Below are positions 38,738 through 48,304 of a stretch of DNA of 64,000 nucleotides, piece after piece. How positions within the stretch are numbered: the first letter of the stretch is position 1; each line of letters opens with the position of its first letter. The stretch is taken from positions 3,136,001-3,200,000 of the forward strand of contig OY759599.1 in assembly GCA_963662465.1 (NCBI GenBank). The letters run 5' to 3'. The notes under the pieces were generated by a model. The model saw only the letters and a list, made by a program, of their open reading frames with translations. It searched no databases and was not told the DNA's origin. The translations under genes were made by a program, and so were the position numbers. Origin of the DNA: Desulfatiglandales bacterium (GTDB taxonomy: Bacteria; Desulfobacterota; DSM-4660; Desulfatiglandales; Desulfatiglandaceae).

Positions 38738-41275
38738 ATGACTGACGTAAAGAAAATCAGAACCGTCTGCAACATGTGTCAGACCGCATGTAGCGGCATC
38801 ATCGCACACGTAAAGGACGGCGCCGTCCTGAAACTCTCGGGAGATCCCGAATGCCCGCCGAGCTACGGGAAAATCTGCGTTAAAGGGCTGGCCGGGACTC
38901 TATCCCCCAGCAACCCCAACCGCATCCTGAAACCCATGCGCAGGACGAACCCGGAAAAGGGCCTGGGCGTGGACCCGAAATGGAAAGAAATCACATGGGA
39001 GGAAGCCTTTGACGAGATCGTTCCCCGCATGAAGCGGATCAGGCAGGAAAATTCCCTAAAGCTAATGCTGAGCAGCTTCGACTATCCCCAGTATTATCAC
39101 ATGATCCCCTGGTGCATCGCCTTTGGCGCCCAGTATTACGTGGGCGCAGCCACATTGTGCGGCATCTACCACAACTCCAGTTATCATTATTATCTCAGTT
39201 TCTTCCGTGATCCGGACTTTGAGCATACCAATTATCTGGTCCTCTGGGGAACCCAATCCGGTCACCTGGTGGACGCCCTTCCCGTCTCTTCGGCCAAGAA
39301 ACTGGCCGATGCCCGAGTGCGCGGCGCCAAGATCATCGTCATCGACCCCGTGGCCACGCCCGCGGCATCCCTTGCCGATGAATGGGTCCCGATCCGGCCC
39401 GGCACAGACGGCCTTCTGGCCCTCTGTTTTGCCAACCTGCTCCTGAATGAGTATGGCCTGTACGATCACCCATTCATGCAATCCAGAACCAACGGTCCCT
39501 ATCTGGTCCGGCCCGATGAATCGTACATGAGGGACAGCGCCACGAACAAACCCATGGTCTGGGATGAAACCAACCGGACGGCGGCGCCCTTTGACGGCAT
39601 TCCCTGGGAACATATGGCCATGGAAGGCACATTTGAGGTTGAGGGCGTTCTCTGCCAACCTTCCTTTCAGTTGCTCAAAAATCACCTGAAACAATACACC
39701 CCGGAGGAAACCGCCGCCGTCACCACCATACCGGCCGACGACATACGCCGCATCGCCCGTGAATTCGGGGAGGCGGCGCGCATCGGCAGCACCATTACAA
39801 TCCAGGGCGAAAACCTCCCTTACCGGCCGGCCGCCGTCTTGACCGGACGAGGTCCGAACGCCAACCGCCATGGGATGCACACCGCCTTCGCCACGGATAT
39901 GTTGAATGTTCTCGTGGGCAACCTCAACGTGCCCGGGGGCATACTGGGGATCGGCGCCAACTACAAGCACCGGTGGGGGCCCGGGGTGGACGAAGACGGC
40001 ATCGCCACTTCGCCCAACAGTACCTACTGGCATTTTTTCGGCGCCCTTGACAGCTACCCGGCGCGGCCCGCGGCCAAACCATTCATGCACAACCTGAACG
40101 GCCTGTTTCCCGTGGCCGCCTTTACCGACAACCTGTTCCCCCTGACCATGACGGACCCGGAACGTTTCGGAATCGATTACAATCTGGAATTCTTGATCAT
40201 CAGTCATGTCAATCCCCTCACAACTTACATCAACCCCACGGAAATGATCGAGCAGTTCAAAAAAATCGACTTCATTCTCGGTTTCGGCAGCAACTGGACC
40301 GAATCCCTCGAAATATGCGACCTTGTGCTGCCGGATGCCACCTGGCTCGAACGTTACGATCCCATCGCCAACCCCCCCTTCAAATTCGTTCAGACCGGAA
40401 TGGGAGACTGGCATTGGGCCTTCCGCCGACCGGTGGTGGACCCGCCCTCGCCGGATATCAAGCACTGGATGGAAATTTTACTCGAGATCACCGAGCGTGT
40501 GGGTTTCACGAAGGAGTACTATGAAGCCTTTAACGAACATAATTTGATTCGGGACCCCCATCGCCTCGATCCTGAAAAGAAAAATACGTTTATGGACATG
40601 TGCGACGCAGTGATGAAAGACCGGTATGGGGTGGACATCGACTGGTACGAAAAGAATCAGACGAACGTTTATATTCAAAAAAAGAGTGTGGACGAGGCCT
40701 ATCCCGGTCCCTTTGTGAAGGGTCGCTACCAGATCTACATGGAATACTGGAAACACGCGGGCGAAGATGTCCGACAGGTGGTGAAGGAACTGGGACTTGA
40801 AGACGTCTGGGACCTGGACGACTACCAACCCCTGCTCAACTGGCAGCCCAGCGCATCCTTGAAGGAAAGAGCCGACTACGATCTCTTCGCCGTGAATTAC
40901 AAAAGCTGCATGCACACCTTTTCCCACACCATGTTCAATCCGCTGACCCTCGAGATCGGGCACGTTTATCCCTGGATTTACGGGGTGGTGGTTCACACCG
41001 ACACCGCCAGGGCCAAGGGGATCCGGAATGGCGAGGAAATCTGGGTCGAGTCGGAATTCGGCTACCGGGTAAAGGGCAAGGCCGTTGTTACGGAGGGCAT
41101 CCATCCCGAATGTATCGGCACCACCGGAACAGGCGGCAGACTGACCTTCGGTGAAGCGGTGGGAAGAAGGGTCGGACCGCACTGGAACACACTGGTGGGC
41201 CAGGCGCTGGACCGGATCGACAAAATGTCCAGCTCAATCGACGCCTGTCTCAGGGTTAAGATATACAAGGTATAA
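38738..41275 (+). CDS. Mo/W-bisPGD oxidoreductase catalytic subunit with no Tat signal
   Basis: N-terminal CNMCQTAC...C Fe-S motif, ITWEEA, VIDP, WVPIRPGTD, DLVLPDATWLER and a C-terminal dinucleotide-binding domain. Confidence 0.93.
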   Translation: MTDVKKIRTVCNMCQTACSGIIAHVKDGAVLKLSGDPECPPSYGKICVKGLAGTLSPSNPNRILKPMRRTNPEKGLGVDPKWKEITWEEAFDEIVPRMKRIRQENSLKLMLSSFDYPQYYHMIPWCIAFGAQYYVGAATLCGIYHNSSYHYYLSFFRDPDFEHTNYLVLWGTQSGHLVDALPVSSAKKLADARVRGAKIIVIDPVATPAASLADEWVPIRPGTDGLLALCFANLLLNEYGLYDHPFMQSRTNGPYLVRPDESYMRDSATNKPMVWDETNRTAAPFDGIPWEHMAMEGTFEVEGVLCQPSFQLLKNHLKQYTPEETAAVTTIPADDIRRIAREFGEAARIGSTITIQGENLPYRPAAVLTGRGPNANRHGMHTAFATDMLNVLVGNLNVPGGILGIGANYKHRWGPGVDEDGIATSPNSTYWHFFGALDSYPARPAAKPFMHNLNGLFPVAAFTDNLFPLTMTDPERFGIDYNLEFLIISHVNPLTTYINPTEMIEQFKKIDFILGFGSNWTESLEICDLVLPDATWLERYDPIANPPFKFVQTGMGDWHWAFRRPVVDPPSPDIKHWMEILLEITERVGFTKEYYEAFNEHNLIRDPHRLDPEKKNTFMDMCDAVMKDRYGVDIDWYEKNQTNVYIQKKSVDEAYPGPFVKGRYQIYMEYWKHAGEDVRQVVKELGLEDVWDLDDYQPLLNWQPSASLKERADYDLFAVNYKSCMHTFSHTMFNPLTLEIGHVYPWIYGVVVHTDTARAKGIRNGEEIWVESEFGYRVKGKAVVTEGIHPECIGTTGTGGRLTFGEAVGRRVGPHWNTLVGQALDRIDKMSSSIDACLRVKIYKV

Positions 41276-41288
41276 GAGGAGGTTAGCG

Positions 41289-41891
41289 ATGAAACGATGG
41301 GGAATGGTCATTGATTTGAAGCGTTGCATCGGGTGTAATTCATGCACGCTGGCGTGCAAGGTTGAAAACGGCACGCCGCCCGGGATTTTTTACCGGCGGG
41401 TCCTGGAAAAAACCACGGGGAAATATCCAAGCGTAAGACGCACATATCTGCCGGTTCAGTGCATGCACTGTGAAAACCCACCCTGCGTTAATGCCTGTCC
41501 TTCCGGCGTTTTTAAAAAACGTGAGGATGGCATCGTTCTCGTTGACAGCAGCAAGTGTTACGGCGCCAGGGCCTGCCGAATCGCCTGCCCGTACAATGCC
41601 ATTTCTTTCCTTGAGAAAATCGGGACCTATTACCCCGACGGCATCACCAAAACCGAAAGCATGTGGTATGAAAACCACCTGGAGGGCACCGCGGAAAAAT
41701 GCAACTTCTGCGCCGAACGGGTAGATCAGGGGCTATTGCCGGCCTGCGTCGAGGCTTGTCCTGCGGAGGTCATGAAATTCGGCGACCTGAATGACCCGCG
41801 CAGCGACGTATCGCAGTTGATCAAAGCTCGGGACGGGTTCCAGCTTCAACCCGAACTGGGCACAAACCCGTCCGTCTATTATGTGAAGTAA
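41289..41891 (+). CDS. 4x[4Fe-4S] electron-transfer subunit (DmsB/NrfC/PadC type)
   Basis: CIGCNSC, CMHCENPPC, CYGARAC and KCNFC...PAC. Confidence 0.94.
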   Translation: MKRWGMVIDLKRCIGCNSCTLACKVENGTPPGIFYRRVLEKTTGKYPSVRRTYLPVQCMHCENPPCVNACPSGVFKKREDGIVLVDSSKCYGARACRIACPYNAISFLEKIGTYYPDGITKTESMWYENHLEGTAEKCNFCAERVDQGLLPACVEACPAEVMKFGDLNDPRSDVSQLIKARDGFQLQPELGTNPSVYYVK

Positions 41892-41904
41892 AGGAGGGTT
41901 AGCC

Positions 41905-42816
41905 ATGAATCAATATTTAACAGGCGAGGAGAAACTTTCCATTTACACGGGAAATGTCCCTGATTCCTTTGAAATCACATTCATCAAGCAAAACGACTGG
42001 GCATCAAGGGAATTGACCGCCTTCTACCTGGGAGGCGTGGGGGCCGGGCTTTATGTCATATCCCAATTCCTCGGTTTTTCAGCCGGACTGCTCCTTGGGT
42101 TTTTTCTGGCGGCAATCTGCAAAAACATCGCCCACATGAAGTCCGCATCCCACCCGAAGCGCGCGTTCAGAGCGCTGTTGAGGCCCCAGGCCTCCTGGAT
42201 CAGCAGAGGGGCGCTGTTCGTCCTCTTGTTTACGGTTTTCGGGGCCTTGGATATCACTCAAAAACTGGGATGGATCCATTGGAGCGGTTTTCAGGCCGCG
42301 CTTTTTGCGACACTCGCCTTTGTATCCGCCGTGCTGGTCATGGTCTATTTGGGCTTTCTCATGGCCGGGGCCCGGGCAATCCCCTTGTGGCATTCACCCC
42401 TTACCCCGGCGATTTTTCTCTCCTACTCCATAACCCTCGGGGCGGGCGCCACAGCGCTCCTATACCCCCTGTTGGGAAACGGTCCCATGGGTCCACTCGC
42501 CCTGCTGCTCCTTTTGACGACCGCCATTACCCTTTTTCTCGTGGTCATCCAACTAATCGTTTTAAACGCCTCCGGAAAAGCAGCCATGCACACTGTCAGG
42601 TTGCTGACCCGAAAAACCCGGATGGGGTTTTTCATGGGGGGCGTCTTGATGGTCGGCCTGCTCCTTCCGATCCTTATGGCGGGGTGCATGGTCCTGTCGG
42701 GCAAGACGCCCGGAATAGCAATTTTCGCCGTAGGAATATTCGTGTTGGCCGGCGGTTTTTTCTACGAAAAGCTACTGTTGCAGGCCGGCGTATTCAGCCC
42801 ATTGCTGGAAACATGA
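41905..42816 (+). CDS. NrfD/DmsC-like membrane anchor subunit
   Basis: FYLGGVGAG, SWISRG and IPLW; about eight TM segments. Confidence 0.85.
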   Translation: MNQYLTGEEKLSIYTGNVPDSFEITFIKQNDWASRELTAFYLGGVGAGLYVISQFLGFSAGLLLGFFLAAICKNIAHMKSASHPKRAFRALLRPQASWISRGALFVLLFTVFGALDITQKLGWIHWSGFQAALFATLAFVSAVLVMVYLGFLMAGARAIPLWHSPLTPAIFLSYSITLGAGATALLYPLLGNGPMGPLALLLLLTTAITLFLVVIQLIVLNASGKAAMHTVRLLTRKTRMGFFMGGVLMVGLLLPILMAGCMVLSGKTPGIAIFAVGIFVLAGGFFYEKLLLQAGVFSPLLET

Positions 42817-42851
42817 TAAGCGTAAAACCCCATAAAAAGGAGTTAGATTCC

Positions 42852-44327
42852 ATGAAAAAAGTATTTTCAGCGTTTGTTTACGCGGCATGTCTTACGTCGC
42901 TTTTCCTCATTCTACCCTTCGGTTCCGGGGCAGCAGCAAGCGATATGCCCGACCCTGTGGCCAACCGGCTCGTTGACCTCAAAGCCTGCATAAAATACCT
43001 CGAATCCACCGGCAATCTTGTCCGGATCAAATCCGAGGTTGATCCGGAATATGAGCTGGCGGGGATCGCAAAGCAGTATGAAGGCAAGAAATGCGTCCTC
43101 TTTGAAAAGGTGAAGGGGAGCAAGTTCCCCGTCTTTATCGGGATGCTCTGGAATCGGGATATTGTTGGCAGCCTCTTCAATGTCCCTAAAGAGAATGTCC
43201 CCTTTTCCCTCGCTTCAGGCATCGGTCCATGGAAAGAAGATAAATCCGCACTGCCGGAAAAGATCCTTGAGAAAGGACCCGCCAACGAGGTGATCATGAA
43301 GGAAGCGGATCTCTACAAACTTCCCATCCCCATTCATGCCCTTAAAGACGGGGGAAGATACCTGGACAGCTCGGTGGTGATCGTCAAAGACCCTGAAACC
43401 GGAATTCCCAATATCAGCGTACACCGGATGATGGTGACCGGCAAAGACAGGCTTAGCTTCCTCATCGATCCGGGCCGTCACCTGGGCGCCTACCTGTCCA
43501 TTATGGAAAAACAGAACAAGCCGCTCCAGGTTACCATCAATAACGGCATCGGGCTTGCGCCGTGGCTCGTATCCGCCATTCCAAGACAGGGGGCCGGCAA
43601 ATACAGAATCGCCCATCACATCATCGGACGTCCCATCAATTTCATCAAAGCCCAAACAGTGGATGTGCCTGCTTACGCCGATGCTCAGTTTGTCATTGAA
43701 GCGGAGATTTTGCCCAATGTCAGGGAAGCGGAAGGGCCTTTTGCGGAAGTGACCGGCTACTATGCCGAACGCGACAAACGGTGGGTCATGAAGGTGAAGG
43801 CCATCACCCACCAGAAGAACCCCGTTTTCCAGAGCCTCCTTTCCGGACAAGAAGTCTGGAATGCCGTTGGATTTACAGCCGAAGCCAAAATATTTTCCAC
43901 CATCAAAAAGAAGTTTCCCCAGGTCAAGGCAGTGTACCTGAATCCCGGAGGATGTGGTTTTTACGGCGCCGTGGTTCAAATCGAAAAGGATCGGGAGGGA
44001 CTGGGAAAAGAGGTCATCGACGAAACCTTCAAAGCTTTCAGACCCCTTCAGCGGGTGGTGACGGTGGATACGGATGTAAACCTGTACGATCCCATTGACG
44101 TCAATTGGGCCATCGCCACACGCTGCAATGCGGACACGGATCTGGTAATCATGAAAGACCAGTGGGGCCACATTCTGAACCCCCTGGTGAAAAAAAACCC
44201 TGATGGAAAAGGTGGAACCGTGACCAAAGTGGGCATCGATGCCACGGCGCCCTACCCCAGGACAAGCAAGTTCGAACGGGTCAATTTTAAAGAGGTTGAT
44301 CTTCAAAAATATGACATCGAACAATGA
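42852..44327 (+). CDS. UbiD-family (de)carboxylase with a putative N-terminal signal peptide
   Basis: EVDPEYE, VLFEKVKG, DGGRY, VHRM, EGPFAEVTGYY, VDTDV, WAIATR and KVGIDAT; AAGGAG RBS before MKKVF. Confidence 0.9.
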   Translation: MKKVFSAFVYAACLTSLFLILPFGSGAAASDMPDPVANRLVDLKACIKYLESTGNLVRIKSEVDPEYELAGIAKQYEGKKCVLFEKVKGSKFPVFIGMLWNRDIVGSLFNVPKENVPFSLASGIGPWKEDKSALPEKILEKGPANEVIMKEADLYKLPIPIHALKDGGRYLDSSVVIVKDPETGIPNISVHRMMVTGKDRLSFLIDPGRHLGAYLSIMEKQNKPLQVTINNGIGLAPWLVSAIPRQGAGKYRIAHHIIGRPINFIKAQTVDVPAYADAQFVIEAEILPNVREAEGPFAEVTGYYAERDKRWVMKVKAITHQKNPVFQSLLSGQEVWNAVGFTAEAKIFSTIKKKFPQVKAVYLNPGGCGFYGAVVQIEKDREGLGKEVIDETFKAFRPLQRVVTVDTDVNLYDPIDVNWAIATRCNADTDLVIMKDQWGHILNPLVKKNPDGKGGTVTKVGIDATAPYPRTSKFERVNFKEVDLQKYDIEQ

Positions 44328-44383
44328 TGGCCCTTATGCCAAAGGAATACCGAAGCTGGATTTCATTATGAACGGGGACACTG

Positions 44384-44537
44384 TTTGGACACGATTTAGA
44401 AGATTATAATGATGGACAGGATTGCTATTGCACGGTAAACCGCAAACAAAAAGGTCTCCCCATAAGGATAAGAAACTTGTCCGGGCGCTATCTTCTAATC
44501 CTGTTCATCGTCTTAAATCCTGTGAATCGTGTTCAAA
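44384..44537. repeat. Imperfect ~40-bp inverted repeats flanking ~70 bp (REP/MITE-like)
   Basis: tttggacacgattt...ggacaggatt pairs with aatcctgttc...aatcgtgttcaaa. Confidence 0.65.
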
Positions 44538-44914
44538 ACGGTTGGCATTTTCAGGTGTGGAAATGACGCCTCTCAACTCAACGTTCAGACTGTTTAAAAG
44601 GACTCGACAATGAGACTGCTTGGCCGGATGGAATTTATCCATCTTTCTCAACGATAGATTATAAGTACCCACCGATTATGCGTCAAACATTAATTGCTCA
44701 TTTTCCCTTTGGCGCTACTTCATTGTAACCTGGAAGAAGGATGCCATTTATAATCATAAGTGGCATTTTGTCACTCGCCATTATACCGGCGATTCTTTAC
44801 ATTGGCGGTATACTATTTTTTCTGTTATAATTTTCAGATCCGTGAAACCCATTGCCGGCAGATAGACGAATCCGGTCAGAGACCTTGAGACGCCTTTAGA
44901 GGAGACTAACGGAC

Positions 44915-45916
44915 ATGACCCATACACGATGGTTGCCACTGATTGTGATCCAGGTTCTAATTTTGGGTCTGTTCGCATGCACAAAATCCGATGAGGGGGA
45001 AAAAACAAAGGCATCCGTTAAGGTGGTTTACGGATCGGTTCCCGTCAGCATCGAGGCGCCTGCCCATATTGCTTATCACAACAAATACTTTGAAGAAGAA
45101 GGCCTGGATGTTGAGCTGAGAATCAATCCCGACGGCAAAACATCTCTGGAGCAGCTTTTTGAAGGCAGGGCCGATATCATAGCGGTGACCGGAACGCCCG
45201 TTGTTTATGCCGACTTCAATCGGAACGATTTCTACATTATCGGCGACATCAAACACTCGAATATCCATTTCTGCCTGGCCCGCAAAGACAAAGGCATCAA
45301 CACCATCGCGGATTTGAAAGGTAAGAAAATCGGGGTCATGAAGGGGACCTCCGCTGATTTTTTCATGGACCTGTTCTTTGCCTATAACCACATCACCCGG
45401 TCTGAAGTAAAGATTGTGGAAATGAACGCCCCCACCATGGTGAAAAGCATTGAGAACGGCCATATTGATGCCATGTTCTGCTGGCAACCCTGGGTTCTCA
45501 AGGCCAAAAAAGCGCTGGGTTCCAATGGGTTGATTTTGCCCAACGAACATATTCACATCGGATCATGGGTGATCATCGCCATGAAGCAATTTGCGGATCA
45601 GCACCCGGAAATCATGGAAAAATTTGTAAAGGCCATCGTCAAAGCGGAAACGTTCATAAAAAATAACCCGGAAAAATCCATTGAAATTCATGCAAAAGTC
45701 AGCGGCGTCAACCAAGACATCGCAGCGGCCCTTTTCGATAATATAGGGCAAGGCATATCTTTGGATCAAGGCCTGCTGGATATACTGGAAGACCAGGCCC
45801 GGTGGGCCATTCGATACGGATACACGGATCAGAAAAAGGTCCCCAATTATCTGGATCTAATTTATTTCAAAGCCCTTGAATGCGTAAAACCCGAAGCGGT
45901 TACCATCATCAAATGA
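44915..45916 (+). CDS. SsuA/NrtA/THI5-type substrate-binding lipoprotein
   Basis: Lipobox LFAC, YFEEEGLDV, DLKGKKIG and IDAMFCWQP. Confidence 0.88.
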   Translation: MTHTRWLPLIVIQVLILGLFACTKSDEGEKTKASVKVVYGSVPVSIEAPAHIAYHNKYFEEEGLDVELRINPDGKTSLEQLFEGRADIIAVTGTPVVYADFNRNDFYIIGDIKHSNIHFCLARKDKGINTIADLKGKKIGVMKGTSADFFMDLFFAYNHITRSEVKIVEMNAPTMVKSIENGHIDAMFCWQPWVLKAKKALGSNGLILPNEHIHIGSWVIIAMKQFADQHPEIMEKFVKAIVKAETFIKNNPEKSIEIHAKVSGVNQDIAAALFDNIGQGISLDQGLLDILEDQARWAIRYGYTDQKKVPNYLDLIYFKALECVKPEAVTIIK

Positions 45917-45917
45917 T

Positions 45918-47762
45918 ATGAAAGTGCGATCCAGAATATATCTCTCCTCCCTGCTGACGGTCGCTCTGATCAGCATCATGGTGGTTTTTCTCTTCATTTT
46001 CTCTTTGAAAATCAATAGAGAACTGGAAAGGGAAGCAGCCGTGGATGAAGTTGTCAAAGGCTTTATCCGACTGGTGCTGGTGGCCGACGATTTCATGGCC
46101 TATCCCTACGAAAGGAAAAGTCGGCAGTGGAACGCGCAGTATGAGAAAATGGCGGACCTGCTCCAGGCAGATGCTGAAGCGGGAACCTACGAGGAACTGA
46201 TATCCAGGTTTCACCTGTTGGGTAAACTCTTTGAAAAACTGCGGATGGAGATGGCCAAAAACCGGGAGAACGTGGTCATTGAAAGGGTCATGGGCCGCAT
46301 TCGATGGGTCTCCCATGATCTGATCAATCATGGATACCAGATTATCGCGGAGAAAAACCAGCGTGTCGCATCCCTGCAACGAAAGAGCAACATCATCCTG
46401 TTTTCCATTAGCATCCTGCTGGTCATCGTATCGGTTCTGACGTCTCTGATCATCATCAAAAGCATTGTTACCCCCTTGAAACGCCTGACAAAAGATGTCG
46501 ACCAAATACGAGAGGGAAATCTTACACTCATTCCGGAGGAAAAAGGGATCGAGAAAGCGGAAAATGAATTCGGAACCCTCTCACGCGCATTCTATGCCAT
46601 GGCGGCCCGACTGGCTCGAACCATTAATGATTTGCGTTCTTCCGAATCCGCCCTGCGGGAATCGGAACAGCTCTTAAACAATGCCATCGACAGCGCGCCC
46701 ATCGGCATGGTCCTCGTAAAGCCTGATGGATATTTCTTCCGCATCAACCGGGCTTTCCGTACCATTACCGGATACGAGGAAGATGAACTCTTGAAAAAGA
46801 CGTTTCAGGATATTACCCATCCGGAAGACCATGAGATCGGCGCCGAAGCCTTGCGAAAACTCCTGAACAGGGAAACTGAAAGCGCCGCATTACAAAAGCG
46901 GTATGTTCATAAAGATGGAAGAACCCTTCACATGCAGTTAAACACGACCCTGCTTAAGGATCCGGAAGGGAATCCCCTCTATATTTTTACCCAGGCCGTG
47001 GATGTAACGGAAAAAAAGCAGCAGGAAGAAGAGTTAAAACAGCACCGGGAGCACCTGAAAGAACTGGTGGAAGAAAGAACCAAGGCCCTGACCGCAGCCA
47101 ATACCGAACTGAAGGATTTCGCCTACATCGTCTCCCACGACCTCAAAGCCCCCCTTCGGGCCGTGAGCCAGTTGTCCTACTGGATCAGGGAAGATCACGG
47201 GGACAAACTGGGGGATGAAGGGAAAGAACAGATATCGCTCCTCATCAACCGGGTCAAACGGATGGATGGCCTCATCAACGGAATCCTTCAATATTCGCGG
47301 ATCGGGAGAACCCGAGAAAAAAAGGAAAAGATCGACCTCAACACCCTGGTCCACCAGGTCCTTGGCGCCATTTCTTCCCCTGAAGAGATTGATATCGCCA
47401 TTGAAAACAGTCTGCCCACCATCATAAGCGACCCCACGCAAATGGAACAGGTTTTTCAAAACCTGCTTTCCAATGCCATTAAATTCATGAACAGGCCCGA
47501 CGGAATCATTCGGGTTAGATGCGACGATGAGGAATCAAAATGGCAATTCAGCGTAAAAGACAATGGCCCCGGCATCGATCCAAAATACCATGACAGAATT
47601 TTTAAAATTTTTCAGACCCTTTCCTCCCGGGACGAACGGGAAAACACGGGCATCGGCTTAACCCTTGTCAAAAAGATCGTTGAATTGTATGGTGGGGAGG
47701 TGTGGGTGAAATCTGAAGTGGGCCAGGGAAGTACGTTCTTCTTCACCCTCCCGAAGGGTTAG
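45918..47762 (+). CDS. Membrane HAMP-PAS histidine kinase
   Basis: Two TM segments, HAMP, PAS (THPED), SHDLKAPL, NLLSNAIK, DNGPG and GIGL. Confidence 0.94.
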   Translation: MKVRSRIYLSSLLTVALISIMVVFLFIFSLKINRELEREAAVDEVVKGFIRLVLVADDFMAYPYERKSRQWNAQYEKMADLLQADAEAGTYEELISRFHLLGKLFEKLRMEMAKNRENVVIERVMGRIRWVSHDLINHGYQIIAEKNQRVASLQRKSNIILFSISILLVIVSVLTSLIIIKSIVTPLKRLTKDVDQIREGNLTLIPEEKGIEKAENEFGTLSRAFYAMAARLARTINDLRSSESALRESEQLLNNAIDSAPIGMVLVKPDGYFFRINRAFRTITGYEEDELLKKTFQDITHPEDHEIGAEALRKLLNRETESAALQKRYVHKDGRTLHMQLNTTLLKDPEGNPLYIFTQAVDVTEKKQQEEELKQHREHLKELVEERTKALTAANTELKDFAYIVSHDLKAPLRAVSQLSYWIREDHGDKLGDEGKEQISLLINRVKRMDGLINGILQYSRIGRTREKKEKIDLNTLVHQVLGAISSPEEIDIAIENSLPTIISDPTQMEQVFQNLLSNAIKFMNRPDGIIRVRCDDEESKWQFSVKDNGPGIDPKYHDRIFKIFQTLSSRDERENTGIGLTLVKKIVELYGGEVWVKSEVGQGSTFFFTLPKG

Positions 47763-47821
47763 TATTGTATTTCTCTGTGTTCTCCGTGCCTCCGTAGTGA
47801 TTTCAATAAGGAGTTAGGATT

Positions 47822-48235
47822 ATGCACAATTCCAAACCGATTCTCCTGGTGGAAGACGATCAGGTGGATGCCATGACCGTGAAACGAGCCCTCAAAGAGC
47901 TTCACGTAACCAACCCCGTGGATACGGTAATAAACGGGGAAGAAGCCCTTTCATTTCTGAGAGATCCTCAAAATGGAACACCCGGCATCATTCTTCTGGA
48001 CCTGAACATGCCGAAAATGAACGGCATTGAATTTCTCACCATCGCCAAGCAGGATGACGCCTTGAAACGAATCCCCGTGGTGGTCCTGACCACCTCCCGG
48101 GAAGATCAGGACAAGGTGGACAGCTTCAACCTGGGCGTTGCCGGGTACATGATCAAACCGGTGGATTACCAGCAGTTTGTGGAGGTGGTCAAGGCCATTG
48201 ATCTGTACTGGACCTTGAGCGAACTGCCTGACTAA
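47822..48235 (+). CDS. Single-domain response regulator (Rcp-like)
   Basis: LLVEDD, LLDLNMP, VVLTTS and KP. Confidence 0.95.
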   Translation: MHNSKPILLVEDDQVDAMTVKRALKELHVTNPVDTVINGEEALSFLRDPQNGTPGIILLDLNMPKMNGIEFLTIAKQDDALKRIPVVVLTTSREDQDKVDSFNLGVAGYMIKPVDYQQFVEVVKAIDLYWTLSELPD

Positions 48236-48304
48236 AGGCGGTTTCCCATACAGGCCAAACTTGATGTATTCGGATTCAAGCACCCAACACTGAGGGAGTG
48301 GCGG

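Noticed and set aside
39062..40465. Long antisense ORFs (also 16707-17738, 43215-44324 and 12206-12955)
   Set aside because: They lie opposite well-supported genes, show no motifs, and are expected from codon bias
42270..42851. 685-aa extended UbiD ORF
   Set aside because: The 5' part overlaps the NrfD-like gene out of frame; the RBS supports a start at 42852
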